Of a DNA stretch of 32,000 nucleotides, positions 1 through 8,746 are shown piece after piece (within the stretch, counting starts at the first letter, position 1; each line of letters opens with the position of its first letter). Both the position numbers and the translations under genes were made by a program. The notes beneath the pieces are model-generated. The model ran no database searches, was not told the origin of the DNA, and saw only the letters and a list, made by a program, of their open reading frames with translations. The DNA lies in assembly GCF_017876815.1 (NCBI RefSeq), contig NZ_JAGIOS010000001.1, forward strand, positions 300,001 to 332,000. The letters run 5' to 3'. Origin of the DNA: Sinorhizobium meliloti (GTDB lineage: Bacteria; Pseudomonadota; Alphaproteobacteria; Rhizobiales; Rhizobiaceae).

Positions 1-938
1 TCGGACAGCATGCCGGGCTGCGTCGTCACCGCCACGGCAAATCCGAGTTCCGCCGCCAGCAAATGATCGCGGGGCGAAACCGCGAGCCTGTCACCATAGG
101 GATAGGCGAAGCTCGAGGGCCGGCGACCGGTGATCGTCCTGACGCGTTCGGCGGAGGCTGAAATTTCGCGGCGCGCCTCGTCGTCGCCAAGCCGCGCGAG
201 TGCGCGATGGCTGATCGTGTGCCCGCCGAGGCTCGCAAGCGGACTTCGGATCAGGCTCCGGAGACCCTCCTCGTCGAGCGTCAGACGCTCGGTGATGGCC
301 AGCGGGTCGATGCCGTGCTCGTGCGCGGCCTTATTCAGTGTCGCGAGCGCATGGGCCTCATCGCTGCCATGGACATAGGCGGCGATCCGATCGAAGGCGG
401 CCTGCTTCTGCGCAAGGTTGTCGCTCGCTACTGCTTCCTCACCTGCGCCGAAATCGAAACGAAACCTGCCGCAGACGGACAGGAGATCGGCGATCGTTTC
501 CCACCAGAGCGTATGGCTGCGGTCGAGATAACCGGCCGTGACGAAAACGGTGAAGGGCACGCCGTGGCGCTCGAAGACCGGCAGGGCGTGATCGAGATTA
601 TTGCGGTAGCCGTCATCGAGAGTGAAGCAGGCGAAGGGCCAGTTATCGGCGGAAGCAAGGCAGGCGGGCAGGTCATCCAGCGGGACGAGGCGATAGCCGT
701 CCCGCTTCAATGTCACGATCGCCTCTTCGAGGAATGCCGGTGTGATTTCCAGGTGGGCGTTGGGATCGAAAGCTCGCGGAACCTTCGGGCGAACATGATG
801 CAGGGTGAAGATCGCCCCGCGCCCGCGAGCCGCGCCCATCAGCCGCGCCCGCGCAAGCAGATGCGCAGCCTCGAGCCCGCCGGTGATAGCGGTGCGCTTG
901 GCATGGTAGCGGACCAGACCCGCGAAGCCGTGTTTCAT
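1..938 (-). CDS. polysaccharide deacetylase family protein (NodB-homology); 3' end runs off the window
   Basis: Absent from the ORF track because it has no in-window stop. Manual reverse translation from the ATG (complement of 936-938) gives MKHGFAGLVRYHAKRTAITGG...AIFTLHHVRPK...WPFACFTLDDGYRNNLDHALPVFERHGVPFTVFV. This contains the xDDG deacetylase motif. The listed + ORF 207-1025 is its in-phase antisense shadow. Confidence 0.7.
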   Translation of the reverse strand, partial: MKHGFAGLVRYHAKRTAITGGLEAAHLLARARLMGAARGRGAIFTLHHVRPKVPRAFDPNAHLEITPAFLEEAIVTLKRDGYRLVPLDDLPACLASADNWPFACFTLDDGYRNNLDHALPVFERHGVPFTVFVTAGYLDRSHTLWWETIADLLSVCGRFRFDFGAGEEAVASDNLAQKQAAFDRIAAYVHGSDEAHALATLNKAAHEHGIDPLAITERLTLDEEGLRSLIRSPLASLGGHTISHRALARLGDDEARREISASAERVRTITGRRPSSFAYPYGDRLAVSPRDHLLAAELGFAVAVTTQPGMLS

Positions 939-1147
939 CTTCTTCCGTCTTCTCAAATCGTCATGTCGAGCTTGGACAGGCACTGCGGCCCGGACGGTAA
1001 CGTCTGCGGGGTTAAGCCTTGCTGAATCGGCCGGGCGATGCGAAAGACCGGGCCGCGTCTGGGCGGCGAGGTTGCAACTACGCCTTGAGCCTGTCAAAAC
1101 AGCGTACCGCGTCGATATCGGCCGCACATCTCTATGAGGGGGGTTCG

Positions 1148-2377
1148 ATGACGAGCTTTCGATTGGCTATGGCGACGATCGCCGTGCTTTTCTTCGGTGC
1201 CGTTCAGGCAATGGCAGGCAACGCCTCGCTTGTCGTCGACGCTCGGACGGGCCGGGTTCTCTCTGCCGAAAACCCCGACACGCTCCACCATCCCGCGTCT
1301 CTCACCAAGATGATGACGCTCTACATGACCTTCGAAGCGCTTCACCGCGGCCAGATCGCCTGGAAAACGCCTGTGCCCGTGTCCGCGACCGCTGCACGCA
1401 AGCCGCCGACGAAGCTCGGCGTCAAGGCCGGAGGAACGATCACCGTCGAAGAGGCTGTCTACGGCATGATCGTCCGTTCGGCCAACGACGCGGCGGCAGC
1501 GATGGCCGAGCGGCTTGGCGGTTCCGAGGAAGGCTTCGCGAGAATGATGAACGCAAAGGCACGCCAGCTCGGCATGAACCGCACATTCTTCGTCAACGCT
1601 TCGGGTCTGCCGGCAAGCGAACAGGTGACCACGGCCCGCGACATGGCGCGGCTGGCCGTGGCACTCATGCGACACTATCCACGCGAGTACCGCCTGTTCT
1701 CGGTCCAGAGTTTCGCCTTCCGCGGTCGTGTGATCCGAGGCCACAACAATCTGATGTATCGATACCAGGGGATGGACGGTATCAAGACCGGCTACACGCG
1801 AGCCTCCGGCTACAATCTCGTAAGCGCGGTGAACGACCGCAACCGACGCCTCATCGGCGTGGTGCTCGGCGGGCGGAGCGCGCGAAGCCGTGATGAGAAG
1901 ATGGCGGCGCTCCTCGACCAGCACCTGGGCAGGGTCTCCTCGCCCGGCCGCCCGATGATCGCAGCAGCAAGCGCACCCCGCCTGGCCGACGTGGCAAGCT
2001 TGCCCGGCGTTTCCTTGTCTTATGTGGGTACCCAGCCCGCGGTCGAACCTGTCGCCGCAGCGCCGTTGGCCGGTATCGTCCCGGCGGATCGGCCAACCCC
2101 GGTGGCGGCCGCGAGTACGGCACCACCGGCCGGCGGTTGGCGCATTCAGATTTCCACCGCACCGACGGCGGAAGGTGCGCGCAAGATGCTCGTCGAAGCG
2201 CAATCGGCCGGCGGCGCAGCCCTTCTCGGCGCCGCCCCCCACACCGAGACCGCAGGCTCGGGCGGAGCCTATCGCATAGGTTTCGCAGGCTTCGCCAGTC
2301 GCGAGGCGGCCGCGACCGCCTGCAGCATCCTGAAAAAGCGGTCCTATGACTGCGTCTTGCTTCCTGATGGGGGGTGA
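1148..2377 (+). CDS. serine-type D-Ala-D-Ala carboxypeptidase (S11 penicillin-binding protein) with C-terminal SPOR domain
   Basis: SxxK (ASLTKMMT), SxN (RSANDAA) and KTG (IKTGYT) motifs. Signal peptide MTSFRLAMATIAVLFFGAVQAMA. Pro/Ala-rich linker, then a SPOR-like tail (WRIQISTAP...YRIGFAGFASREAAATACSILKKRSYDCVLL). Start moved from track position 1019 to the ATG at 1148, which follows GAGGGGGG. Confidence 0.88.
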   Translation: MTSFRLAMATIAVLFFGAVQAMAGNASLVVDARTGRVLSAENPDTLHHPASLTKMMTLYMTFEALHRGQIAWKTPVPVSATAARKPPTKLGVKAGGTITVEEAVYGMIVRSANDAAAAMAERLGGSEEGFARMMNAKARQLGMNRTFFVNASGLPASEQVTTARDMARLAVALMRHYPREYRLFSVQSFAFRGRVIRGHNNLMYRYQGMDGIKTGYTRASGYNLVSAVNDRNRRLIGVVLGGRSARSRDEKMAALLDQHLGRVSSPGRPMIAAASAPRLADVASLPGVSLSYVGTQPAVEPVAAAPLAGIVPADRPTPVAAASTAPPAGGWRIQISTAPTAEGARKMLVEAQSAGGAALLGAAPHTETAGSGGAYRIGFAGFASREAAATACSILKKRSYDCVLLPDGG

Positions 2378-2394
2378 GTCCGCAACTCCTCCGC

Positions 2395-2510
2395 TCCTCA
2401 TTCCTGTGCTCGTCACAGGAATCCAGCCAGACCAAGTCCTTGGGCTGAAAAACTCTTCCGCGCCGCAGACGCGGCGCTGCTGGATCTCTGTGACAAGCAC
2501 AGAGATGAGG
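2395..2510. repeat. RIME-like intergenic mosaic element (three stacked palindromes) between convergent genes
   Basis: ATTCCTGTG-CTCGT-CACAGGAAT (2400-2422), GCGCCGC-AGAC-GCGGCGC (2460-2477) and ATCTCTGTG-ACAAG-CACAGAGAT (2484-2506). The architecture resembles rhizobial RIME/Sm-type intergenic repeats. Confidence 0.6.
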
Positions 2511-2518
2511 GAACGTTG

Positions 2519-3934
2519 TCAGGCTTGCGTGCCGCCGACGGTGATCTGATCCATGCGCAGGTGCGGCTGGCCGACGCCGACCGGGACCCATTGGCCGGCC
2601 TTGCCGCAATTGCCGATGCCGGTGTCGAGCTTCGTATCGTTTCCGACCATCGTCACCCGCTTCATCGCATCCGGACCGTTGCCGATCAGCATCGCGCCCT
2701 TGACGGGCGCTCCGACCTTGCCGTTCTCGATCAGATAGGCCTCGGTGCAGCCGAAGACGAATTTGCCTGAGGTGATATCGACCTGGCCGCCACCGAAGGA
2801 GACGGCATAGATGCCCCTCTTCACCGACGAGATGATTTCATCGGGCGTGCGGTCCCCGGCAAGCATGTAGGTGTTGGTCATGCGCGGCATCGGCACGTGG
2901 GCGTAGCCCTGGCGGCGGCCGTTGCCGGTCGGTTCCATGCCCATTAGGCGGGCGTTCTGCCGGTCCTGCATATATCCGACGAGCTTGCCGTCCTCGATCA
3001 GGACATTGTAGCCGGAAGGCGTTCCCTCGTCGTCGATCGAGATGGAGCCCCGCCGGGCTTCGATCGTGCCGTCGTCGACGACCGTGACGCCCTTCGCAGC
3101 GACCTGCTCGCCGAGCAGCCCGGCGAAAGCGGAGGTCTTCTTGCGGTTGAAGTCGCCTTCCAGGCCGTGGCCGACGGCTTCATGCAGCATGACGCCCGGC
3201 CAGCCGGAGGCAAGCACGACGTCCATGGTGCCGGCCGGCGCATCGATCGCCTCGAGATTGACGAGCGCTTGCCGCAGAGCCTCGTCCGCTCCGCTTTTCC
3301 AGTTTTCCTCGGTTATGAAATCGCCGAAGCCGCGCCGTCCGCCGATACCGAAGGAGCCGCTTTCCTGACGGTCGCCCTCGCCGACCACGACGGAGATATT
3401 GATCCGCGTCATCGGCCGGACATCGTGGACGCGGTGCCCGTCGGCTCTCAGAATATCCACGACCTGCCAGCTCGCCGCGACCGTCGCGGTCACCTGGCGG
3501 ACCTTCGGCTCCTTGGCGCGCAGATAGGCGTCGATCTCCTGAAGCAGCTTGACCTTGGTCTCGAAACTCGGCTCGCCGATCGGGTTCTCGTCGCCGTAAA
3601 GCTTCTTGTTGGTGCGCTGCGGGGCTGCCGCGTAGGAGCCGGAATAGCCTCGGGTCACCTGCTCCACGGCATCCGCCGCCCTCTTCAGGGCCGCAAGCGA
3701 CAGTTCGCCGGCATGGGCGTAGCCCACGGCTTCGCCGGCGACGGCGCGCAGGCCGAAGCCCTGGTCTGTGTTGAAACTGCCGCCCTTCAGGCGGCCGTTG
3801 TCGAAGGAAAGCACCTCCGCCTGCGCATGTTCGAGGAAGAGCTCGCCGTCATCGGCGCCGGCAAGCGTTTCGGAGAGAACCTTGCGGACCGTCGCCTCGT
3901 CCGCATCGAAGAGGCTCATCAGGTTGGTGTCCAT
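2519..3934 (-). CDS. tldD: metalloprotease TldD
   Basis: Full-length TldD-like sequence (LFLEHAQAEVLSFDNGRLKGG..., HExxxH as HEAVGHGLEGD). Start set to the ATG at 3934 (MDTNLMSLFDADEA), preceded by GGGAGC, rather than the track start at 3985. Confidence 0.9.
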   Translation of the reverse strand: MDTNLMSLFDADEATVRKVLSETLAGADDGELFLEHAQAEVLSFDNGRLKGGSFNTDQGFGLRAVAGEAVGYAHAGELSLAALKRAADAVEQVTRGYSGSYAAAPQRTNKKLYGDENPIGEPSFETKVKLLQEIDAYLRAKEPKVRQVTATVAASWQVVDILRADGHRVHDVRPMTRINISVVVGEGDRQESGSFGIGGRRGFGDFITEENWKSGADEALRQALVNLEAIDAPAGTMDVVLASGWPGVMLHEAVGHGLEGDFNRKKTSAFAGLLGEQVAAKGVTVVDDGTIEARRGSISIDDEGTPSGYNVLIEDGKLVGYMQDRQNARLMGMEPTGNGRRQGYAHVPMPRMTNTYMLAGDRTPDEIISSVKRGIYAVSFGGGQVDITSGKFVFGCTEAYLIENGKVGAPVKGAMLIGNGPDAMKRVTMVGNDTKLDTGIGNCGKAGQWVPVGVGQPHLRMDQITVGGTQA

Positions 3935-4037
3935 GGTTCTGCTCCCTGCCGTGAAGGATTGGGTCGTGAAACTTACTGGCTCCATTTAGGGAGCGCCGGC
4001 CCGCAAGCCAAGAAAAAACAAAAGCACGAAAAATCGG

Positions 4038-5237
4038 TCAGGAAAGGGCAGCGTTCCAGCCCTCGAGCAATTTGACCTCCTCGACGCCGGCAAAGCGGGC
4101 GATGCGGTCGAGTTCGGCCATGAGTTTTTCCATCCGGCCCGAAGAGGGTTTGACGCCACGTTCCAGCCAGAGGCGCCGAACGTCGAGGCTTCCGCGCTTG
4201 CGATCGGCTTTCATGTCGATGCGGCCGATCATCCGGTCGCCTTCGAGCAGAGGGAAGACATAATAGCCATATTCCCGCTTCGGCTCCGGTACGAAAACCT
4301 CGATGCGGTAGAAGAAGTCGAAAAGCCGTTCGGCCCGGTTCCGGTCGCGCAGCAGCGGGTCGAAGGGGCTCAGCACCCGGACGCGGGCGGGCGGGTCGGG
4401 AATGTCGCCGAGCCCGTCGGGAAAGCCGGCGAAGGCAAAGGACGGGCGCGGCTTGCCGCCATTGGCAGGCTCGATGACGATCTCGCACAGTTCGTCGCGA
4501 TGGGCGGCGACCCAGTCCTTCGCCTCGTCCGGCGACACGAGATCCCAGAAGGCTGCGATCTCGCCGTGGGTGGCGAAGCCCAGCCGCTCGAGCGCGCTGC
4601 GGCAGGCCCAGTCGATGAACTCCTCATGCGCGACCTCACCGTCGTAATGGCGGGCGGGAATGACGCGTTCCGTCAAATCATAGACCTTCTGGAAATTCTC
4701 GCGCCGGGCGATCGCAAGCTTGCCCTGGCGCCAGAGCACCTCGAGAGCCGTCTTCGACGGGTGCCAGTTCCACCAGCCGCCGGATTCGTGGCCGTCCTCC
4801 TTGAGGTGGCGCGCCATGACGGCGCCATTGTTCGCGATCCTCGCATAGGTCTCCTCGCAGCCCGCATCGAAGTCTTCTCCGCGCCACTTGCGCCAGCGCT
4901 CGCGGAGCGTTTCGCTCTCCCATTTGAAGCGATGCTTCCAATAAATGAAGAAGGTGCTCGGTATGATCGAAGCGTCGTGGGTCCAATGTTCGAAGAGTTC
5001 GCCGTCCTTTTCCAGGAGCTCGGCCAGATGCTCGCGGCGATAGGTCTGATTGCGGGAAAAGAGAATCTGATGATGGGCCCGCTCGACGGTCGCTATGCTG
5101 TCGACCTGCACGAAGCCGATGTCGTGAATCAATTGCAGCAAGCCGTCCTTGCCGAGCGCGCGATGCGGCGCGGCCGAGAGCCCCTGCTTGGCGAGAAAGA
5201 TGCGCCGGGCATCGCGATTGGAAAGGCGAATCGTCAT
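4038..5237 (-). CDS. winged-helix DNA glycosylase, YcaQ family (interstrand crosslink repair type)
   Basis: Family-typical sequence with a Q-hydrophobic-D motif (GFVQVDSI) and the C-terminal YYRIEVFVPEPKREYGYYVFPLL block. Start placed at the ATG at 5237 (MTIRLSN); the track start at 5264 is a TTG. Confidence 0.75.
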   Translation of the reverse strand: MTIRLSNRDARRIFLAKQGLSAAPHRALGKDGLLQLIHDIGFVQVDSIATVERAHHQILFSRNQTYRREHLAELLEKDGELFEHWTHDASIIPSTFFIYWKHRFKWESETLRERWRKWRGEDFDAGCEETYARIANNGAVMARHLKEDGHESGGWWNWHPSKTALEVLWRQGKLAIARRENFQKVYDLTERVIPARHYDGEVAHEEFIDWACRSALERLGFATHGEIAAFWDLVSPDEAKDWVAAHRDELCEIVIEPANGGKPRPSFAFAGFPDGLGDIPDPPARVRVLSPFDPLLRDRNRAERLFDFFYRIEVFVPEPKREYGYYVFPLLEGDRMIGRIDMKADRKRGSLDVRRLWLERGVKPSSGRMEKLMAELDRIARFAGVEEVKLLEGWNAALS

Positions 5238-5307
5238 GAACAGAGAGTAGGCTTTTATTCCCAAGTTTCAAACGTCAGACGGCAATAGATGTATAGTCCG
5301 CGCTACA

Positions 5308-6051
5308 TTGCCCTTTACGATCGACTTGTCCTATAGAGCGATCACGCAAAACATCGCGAGGACCGACGGCTTGGAAATCCGCTTTACCGATTGCTCGGTC
5401 AGCTTCGGCGAACGGGTCGCGCTTCATCCTTTGAGCCTGGCCCTCGATGAGCGGCGGGTCGGCGTCATCGGTCTCAATGGCTCCGGAAAGACCACATTCG
5501 CACGGCTGATCAACGGGCTCGTCAAGCCGACGACCGGACGGGTCAAGGTCAACGGCCTCGACACGGTCGAGGACGACAGGGCGGTGCTCACTGAGGCCGG
5601 CTTCATCTTTCAAAATCCGCAGCACCAGCTGATCATGCCGATCGTCATCGACGATATCGCCTTCGGGCTCAAGAATCGCGGGCTGCCGGCGCATGAGATC
5701 TCGTCGCGGACCGAGGCGGTCCTTGCACGCTTCGGCGTCAGCCATCTCGCACGAAGGCGGGTGCATGAGCTTTCCGGAGGCGAAACGCAGCTCGTCGCCA
5801 TGGCGAGCGTCATCGTCACCGGGCCGAAAATCCTGATCCTCGACGAGCCGACCAATCAGCTCGACCTCAGAAACCGCCGGATGGTCGCCGAGACGATCGA
5901 CACGCTCGACGAAGACACGATCGTCATCACCCATGATCTGGCGCTTGCCGAGAGCGCCGAACGGGTCCTGCTCTTTCACGAGGGCCGCCTCCTTGCCGAT
6001 GGAGCGCCGGACGAAACCATCCGGCGCTATCACGAGGTCGCCGGATGCTGA
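5308..6051 (+). CDS. bioM: biotin ECF transporter ATPase BioM
   Basis: Walker A GLNGSGKTT, ABC signature LSGGETQ, Walker B ILILDEPT. Overlaps bioN and lies upstream of bioY. Start uncertain: TTG at 5308 or TTG at 5371 (MEIRFTD..., preceded by GAGGA). Confidence 0.8.
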   Translation: MPFTIDLSYRAITQNIARTDGLEIRFTDCSVSFGERVALHPLSLALDERRVGVIGLNGSGKTTFARLINGLVKPTTGRVKVNGLDTVEDDRAVLTEAGFIFQNPQHQLIMPIVIDDIAFGLKNRGLPAHEISSRTEAVLARFGVSHLARRRVHELSGGETQLVAMASVIVTGPKILILDEPTNQLDLRNRRMVAETIDTLDEDTIVITHDLALAESAERVLLFHEGRLLADGAPDETIRRYHEVAGC

Positions 6052-6650
6052 CGAGCCTCTATGTCGAGGGAGCAAGCTGGTTTCACCGCGTGCCGGTGCG
6101 CGCCAAGCTCGTCGCGCTCGCCGTCTTGAGCATCGCGCTCTTTGCGACGGACTCACCCTTCCTGCTGCTACCTGCCTTTCTCCTCAGCGGCTGGCTTTAT
6201 CTCTCGCTCGGGCTGAGACCGCGCGAAGCGCTGTCGCGCGTCGGTTTCGTTTTCTTCACCATACTGATCCTTGCCGCGGTCAATCTGTTCCTCGTTCCCG
6301 TGCCGCAGGTCGCAGCGCTCGTCTTGCGGCTGATGGCTCTCGTGCTCTTCGCCGCTGCGGTCACGGCGACCACGACGATCGGCGCTTTCATGGACGAGAT
6401 AACGATCATTCTGAAGCCGCTGGAGCGCCTCGGTCTCCTGAGGGCGGCAGATGTCGGCCTGGCGCTTGGCCTCGTGTTGCGGTTCGTGCCCGATATCTTC
6501 ACCCGGTATCAGGCACTCGCCGAAGCGCATCGGGCACGCGGGCTGCCGGTCCGGCCGTTGACCATCATCGGCCCGCTGATCATCCTGACGCTGAAAGATG
6601 CGGACACGATCGCGGCCGCCATTGACGCGAGGGGATTTCGCCGTCAATAA
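6045..6650 (+). CDS. bioN: biotin ECF transporter T component BioN
   Basis: Polytopic membrane protein with an ECF T-component style C-terminal region (ALAEAHRARG). Its start overlaps the bioM stop by 7 nt. Confidence 0.8.
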   Translation: MLTSLYVEGASWFHRVPVRAKLVALAVLSIALFATDSPFLLLPAFLLSGWLYLSLGLRPREALSRVGFVFFTILILAAVNLFLVPVPQVAALVLRLMALVLFAAAVTATTTIGAFMDEITIILKPLERLGLLRAADVGLALGLVLRFVPDIFTRYQALAEAHRARGLPVRPLTIIGPLIILTLKDADTIAAAIDARGFRRQ

Positions 6651-6681
6651 ATTCGCGCTTTCTAATAAGAGGTAGGACTAT

Positions 6682-7245
6682 ATGAATACCAGAGATCTCG
6701 TCCTCGTCGCGCTTTTCACTGCCATCATCGTCGTGCTCGGCCTCGTACCGCCGATCACGCTCGGCTTCATTCCCGTTCCGATCACGGCGCAGTCGATGGG
6801 CGTGATGCTCGCCGGCTGCATCATCGGCGCGAAGCGCGGCGCGCTCGCCTTCCTCCTCCTCGTCCTGCTCGTCGCCATCGGACTGCCGGTGCTCTCGGGC
6901 GGCCGCGGCGGGCTGGCCGTCCTCGCCGGTCCTTCCGGCGGGTTCATCTTCGGCTGGGCAGTTGCCGCCTTCGTCACCGGCCTGATCGCCGAGCGCTTCG
7001 TCAAGCCTGCGACTTCCGAAGCGCGCCAGTTTGCCGGCTTCTTCCTCGCCTCGGTCCTCGGCGGCATCGTCGTGCTCTATGGGATCGGCGTTCCGTGGCT
7101 TTCGGCCGTCACCGGCACGCCTCTCGCGGCCGCCGCAACCGGCTCGCTCGTCTTCATTCCGGGCGACCTGTTGAAAGCCGCGATCGCGACGCTCGCCGCC
7201 CGGGCCGTCTACGCCGGCTACCCGCTGCTGCCGGCGCGCGTCTGA
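6682..7245 (+). CDS. bioY: biotin transporter S component BioY
   Basis: BioY-typical sequence (PITAQSMGVMLAG..., GPSGGFIFGW, IPGDLLKA). Strong RBS AGAGGTAGGA upstream. Confidence 0.9.
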   Translation: MNTRDLVLVALFTAIIVVLGLVPPITLGFIPVPITAQSMGVMLAGCIIGAKRGALAFLLLVLLVAIGLPVLSGGRGGLAVLAGPSGGFIFGWAVAAFVTGLIAERFVKPATSEARQFAGFFLASVLGGIVVLYGIGVPWLSAVTGTPLAAAATGSLVFIPGDLLKAAIATLAARAVYAGYPLLPARV

Positions 7246-7249
7246 CGCA

Positions 7250-8746
7250 GTGCCGCTCGCAGAGGCAGTCGCGCTCCATGCGAGCGAACGCCCGCATTCC
7301 CCGGCCTTCCGCATGGAAGGCCGGGTTTTCACCTTTGGCGAGCTTGCCGCGGGAGCCAAGCGCATTCTCCCGGCCGTTCAACGATCGGCAGCAGAGGCGA
7401 CGGAGAGAAGCATCCTTTCCGGGCCCGTGCGGCTGGTTGCGCTCGAAACCGGCAACCATCCACTTTTTCCTGCGGCTTTCATCGCTGCGACCGCGGCCGG
7501 CCATTGTGCCGCTCTGATCGACCCGCATTTGCCGGAGATCGTACGCCGGCGAATGAAAGAACGGCTGCGGCCGGAGGTCGTCATCCGCGCCGAAGGCGAT
7601 CTCTTGCGCATCGATGTGCCATCGGCAGGACAAAGCCGTCTGCTGCAAGGCGCCTCCGATGCTCCGCCTGCAATCCCCGCCGGCGACGGCGGCGAACCCT
7701 TTCTCGTGGTCTTCACCTCGGGCACGACCGGTGAACCGAAGGCGATCATCCGCAACCGCCGGTCCTGGCGGGTGAGTCTCAAGACCGGCCAGGGCTTTTT
7801 CGGGCTCGGGCCGGAGACAACGACTTACGCGCCGGGACCGCTGGCGCACGGCCTGACGCTCTACGCGCTTGCGGAAACCTTGACGGCCGGAGCCGAATTC
7901 GTCGGCGCCCGGCACTTCGAGGCGGATCAGGTTTTGGCCACGATTGCGGCCACCGGGGCGAAACGGCTGGTGCTGGTGCCGACGATGCTGCGGCGGCTAT
8001 GCGAGCGCGCGGCCGGTTCGCCGTTGACATCAGTCGGACAGATTACCGTTGCCGGAGCCAAGCTCACGACGGCGGATCGGGATGCGGCGAGACGCGCTTT
8101 TCCGGAGGCTCAAGTCACGGAATATTACGGCGCCTCGGAACTCGGTTTCATCAGCGTCTCCCGGGCGAAGGACAGGCACACGCCGACCGCAGTCGGAAAG
8201 GCCTTTCCGGGCGTTCGCCTGGAGATCCGGGACGAGAGAGGCGAGCGCCTTCCTGCAGGAGAGACGGGCACGATCTTCGTCGAAAGCGAACTGATATCCG
8301 ACGGTTACATCGCGGGCGGCGACGGAGCGGGATTCCGCCGGCAAGGAAAGCTCGCGACGGTCGGCGACCTCGGTTTCCTTGACGAAGACGGTACGCTGCA
8401 TCTCATCGGCCGGGCGGGCGGAATGGTGGTCTCGGGCGGAAACAACATCTATCCATCGGAGGTGGAGACCGTGATCCAGGGAGCCGGCGGCGTGAACGCG
8501 GCCTTCGTCTTCGGTCTCCATCATCCGGATCTCGGCAGCGAGCTTGCGGCGGTGATCGAGCCCGGCGACGGATTCGATCATGCGGCACTCGAACGTCATC
8601 TTGCCGCCGACCTGCCGCGCTACAAGCGCCCGCGCAGGATATGGCTCTGCCGGAAGATGCCCATGACCGCCTCCGGCAAGGTCGCGGCCGGGGAGCTTCG
8701 CCAATGGATTGCGACGGAGAACAGCGCCCTTGAACGCCTCGTCTGA
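7250..8746 (+). CDS. AMP-dependent acyl-CoA synthetase/ligase
   Basis: AMP-binding motif FTSGTTGEPKA, plus YYGASELG and GRAGGMVVSGGNNIYPSEVE. GTG start 4 nt after the bioY stop. No in-frame start lies further upstream, and the conserved N-terminal region begins immediately. Confidence 0.85.
   Translation: MPLAEAVALHASERPHSPAFRMEGRVFTFGELAAGAKRILPAVQRSAAEATERSILSGPVRLVALETGNHPLFPAAFIAATAAGHCAALIDPHLPEIVRRRMKERLRPEVVIRAEGDLLRIDVPSAGQSRLLQGASDAPPAIPAGDGGEPFLVVFTSGTTGEPKAIIRNRRSWRVSLKTGQGFFGLGPETTTYAPGPLAHGLTLYALAETLTAGAEFVGARHFEADQVLATIAATGAKRLVLVPTMLRRLCERAAGSPLTSVGQITVAGAKLTTADRDAARRAFPEAQVTEYYGASELGFISVSRAKDRHTPTAVGKAFPGVRLEIRDERGERLPAGETGTIFVESELISDGYIAGGDGAGFRRQGKLATVGDLGFLDEDGTLHLIGRAGGMVVSGGNNIYPSEVETVIQGAGGVNAAFVFGLHHPDLGSELAAVIEPGDGFDHAALERHLAADLPRYKRPRRIWLCRKMPMTASGKVAAGELRQWIATENSALERLV

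Noticed and set aside
1019-1147. Upstream extensions of track ORFs (dac-like 1019, tldD 3985, ycaQ-like 5264, thioesterase 10447, MDR 10233, pirin 12734, dxs 13839, MCP 20071, BA14K 25155, GH25 24932, reductase 27533, Rieske 28816)
   Set aside because: Internal starts with proper SD spacing, signal-peptide position or family-typical N-termini fit better. Several of the extensions overlap neighbouring genes or repeats.
1094-2500. 468-aa minus-strand ORF; similar long shadows at 207-1025 (+), 3167-4075 (+), 4500-5288 (+), 5275-6156 (-), 6580-7365 (-), 8403-9767 (-), 10701-11498 (-), 11243-12103 (-), 12730-13809 (+), 23061-23855 (-), 25286-26137 (-), 26460-27245 (+), 27485-28417 (+) and 29756-31006 (-)
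   Set aside because: Each lies antisense to, or out of frame with, a gene carrying clear family signatures. Their sequences lack motifs and have the skewed composition expected of non-coding frames in GC-rich DNA.
5290-5345. Possible BioR-type biotin operator upstream of bioM (AATAGATGTATAG and CCTATAGAG)
   Set aside because: These match only ~6 of 10 positions of the TTATMKATAA palindrome as I remember it. Neither is a true palindrome. This is too weak to call without comparative data.
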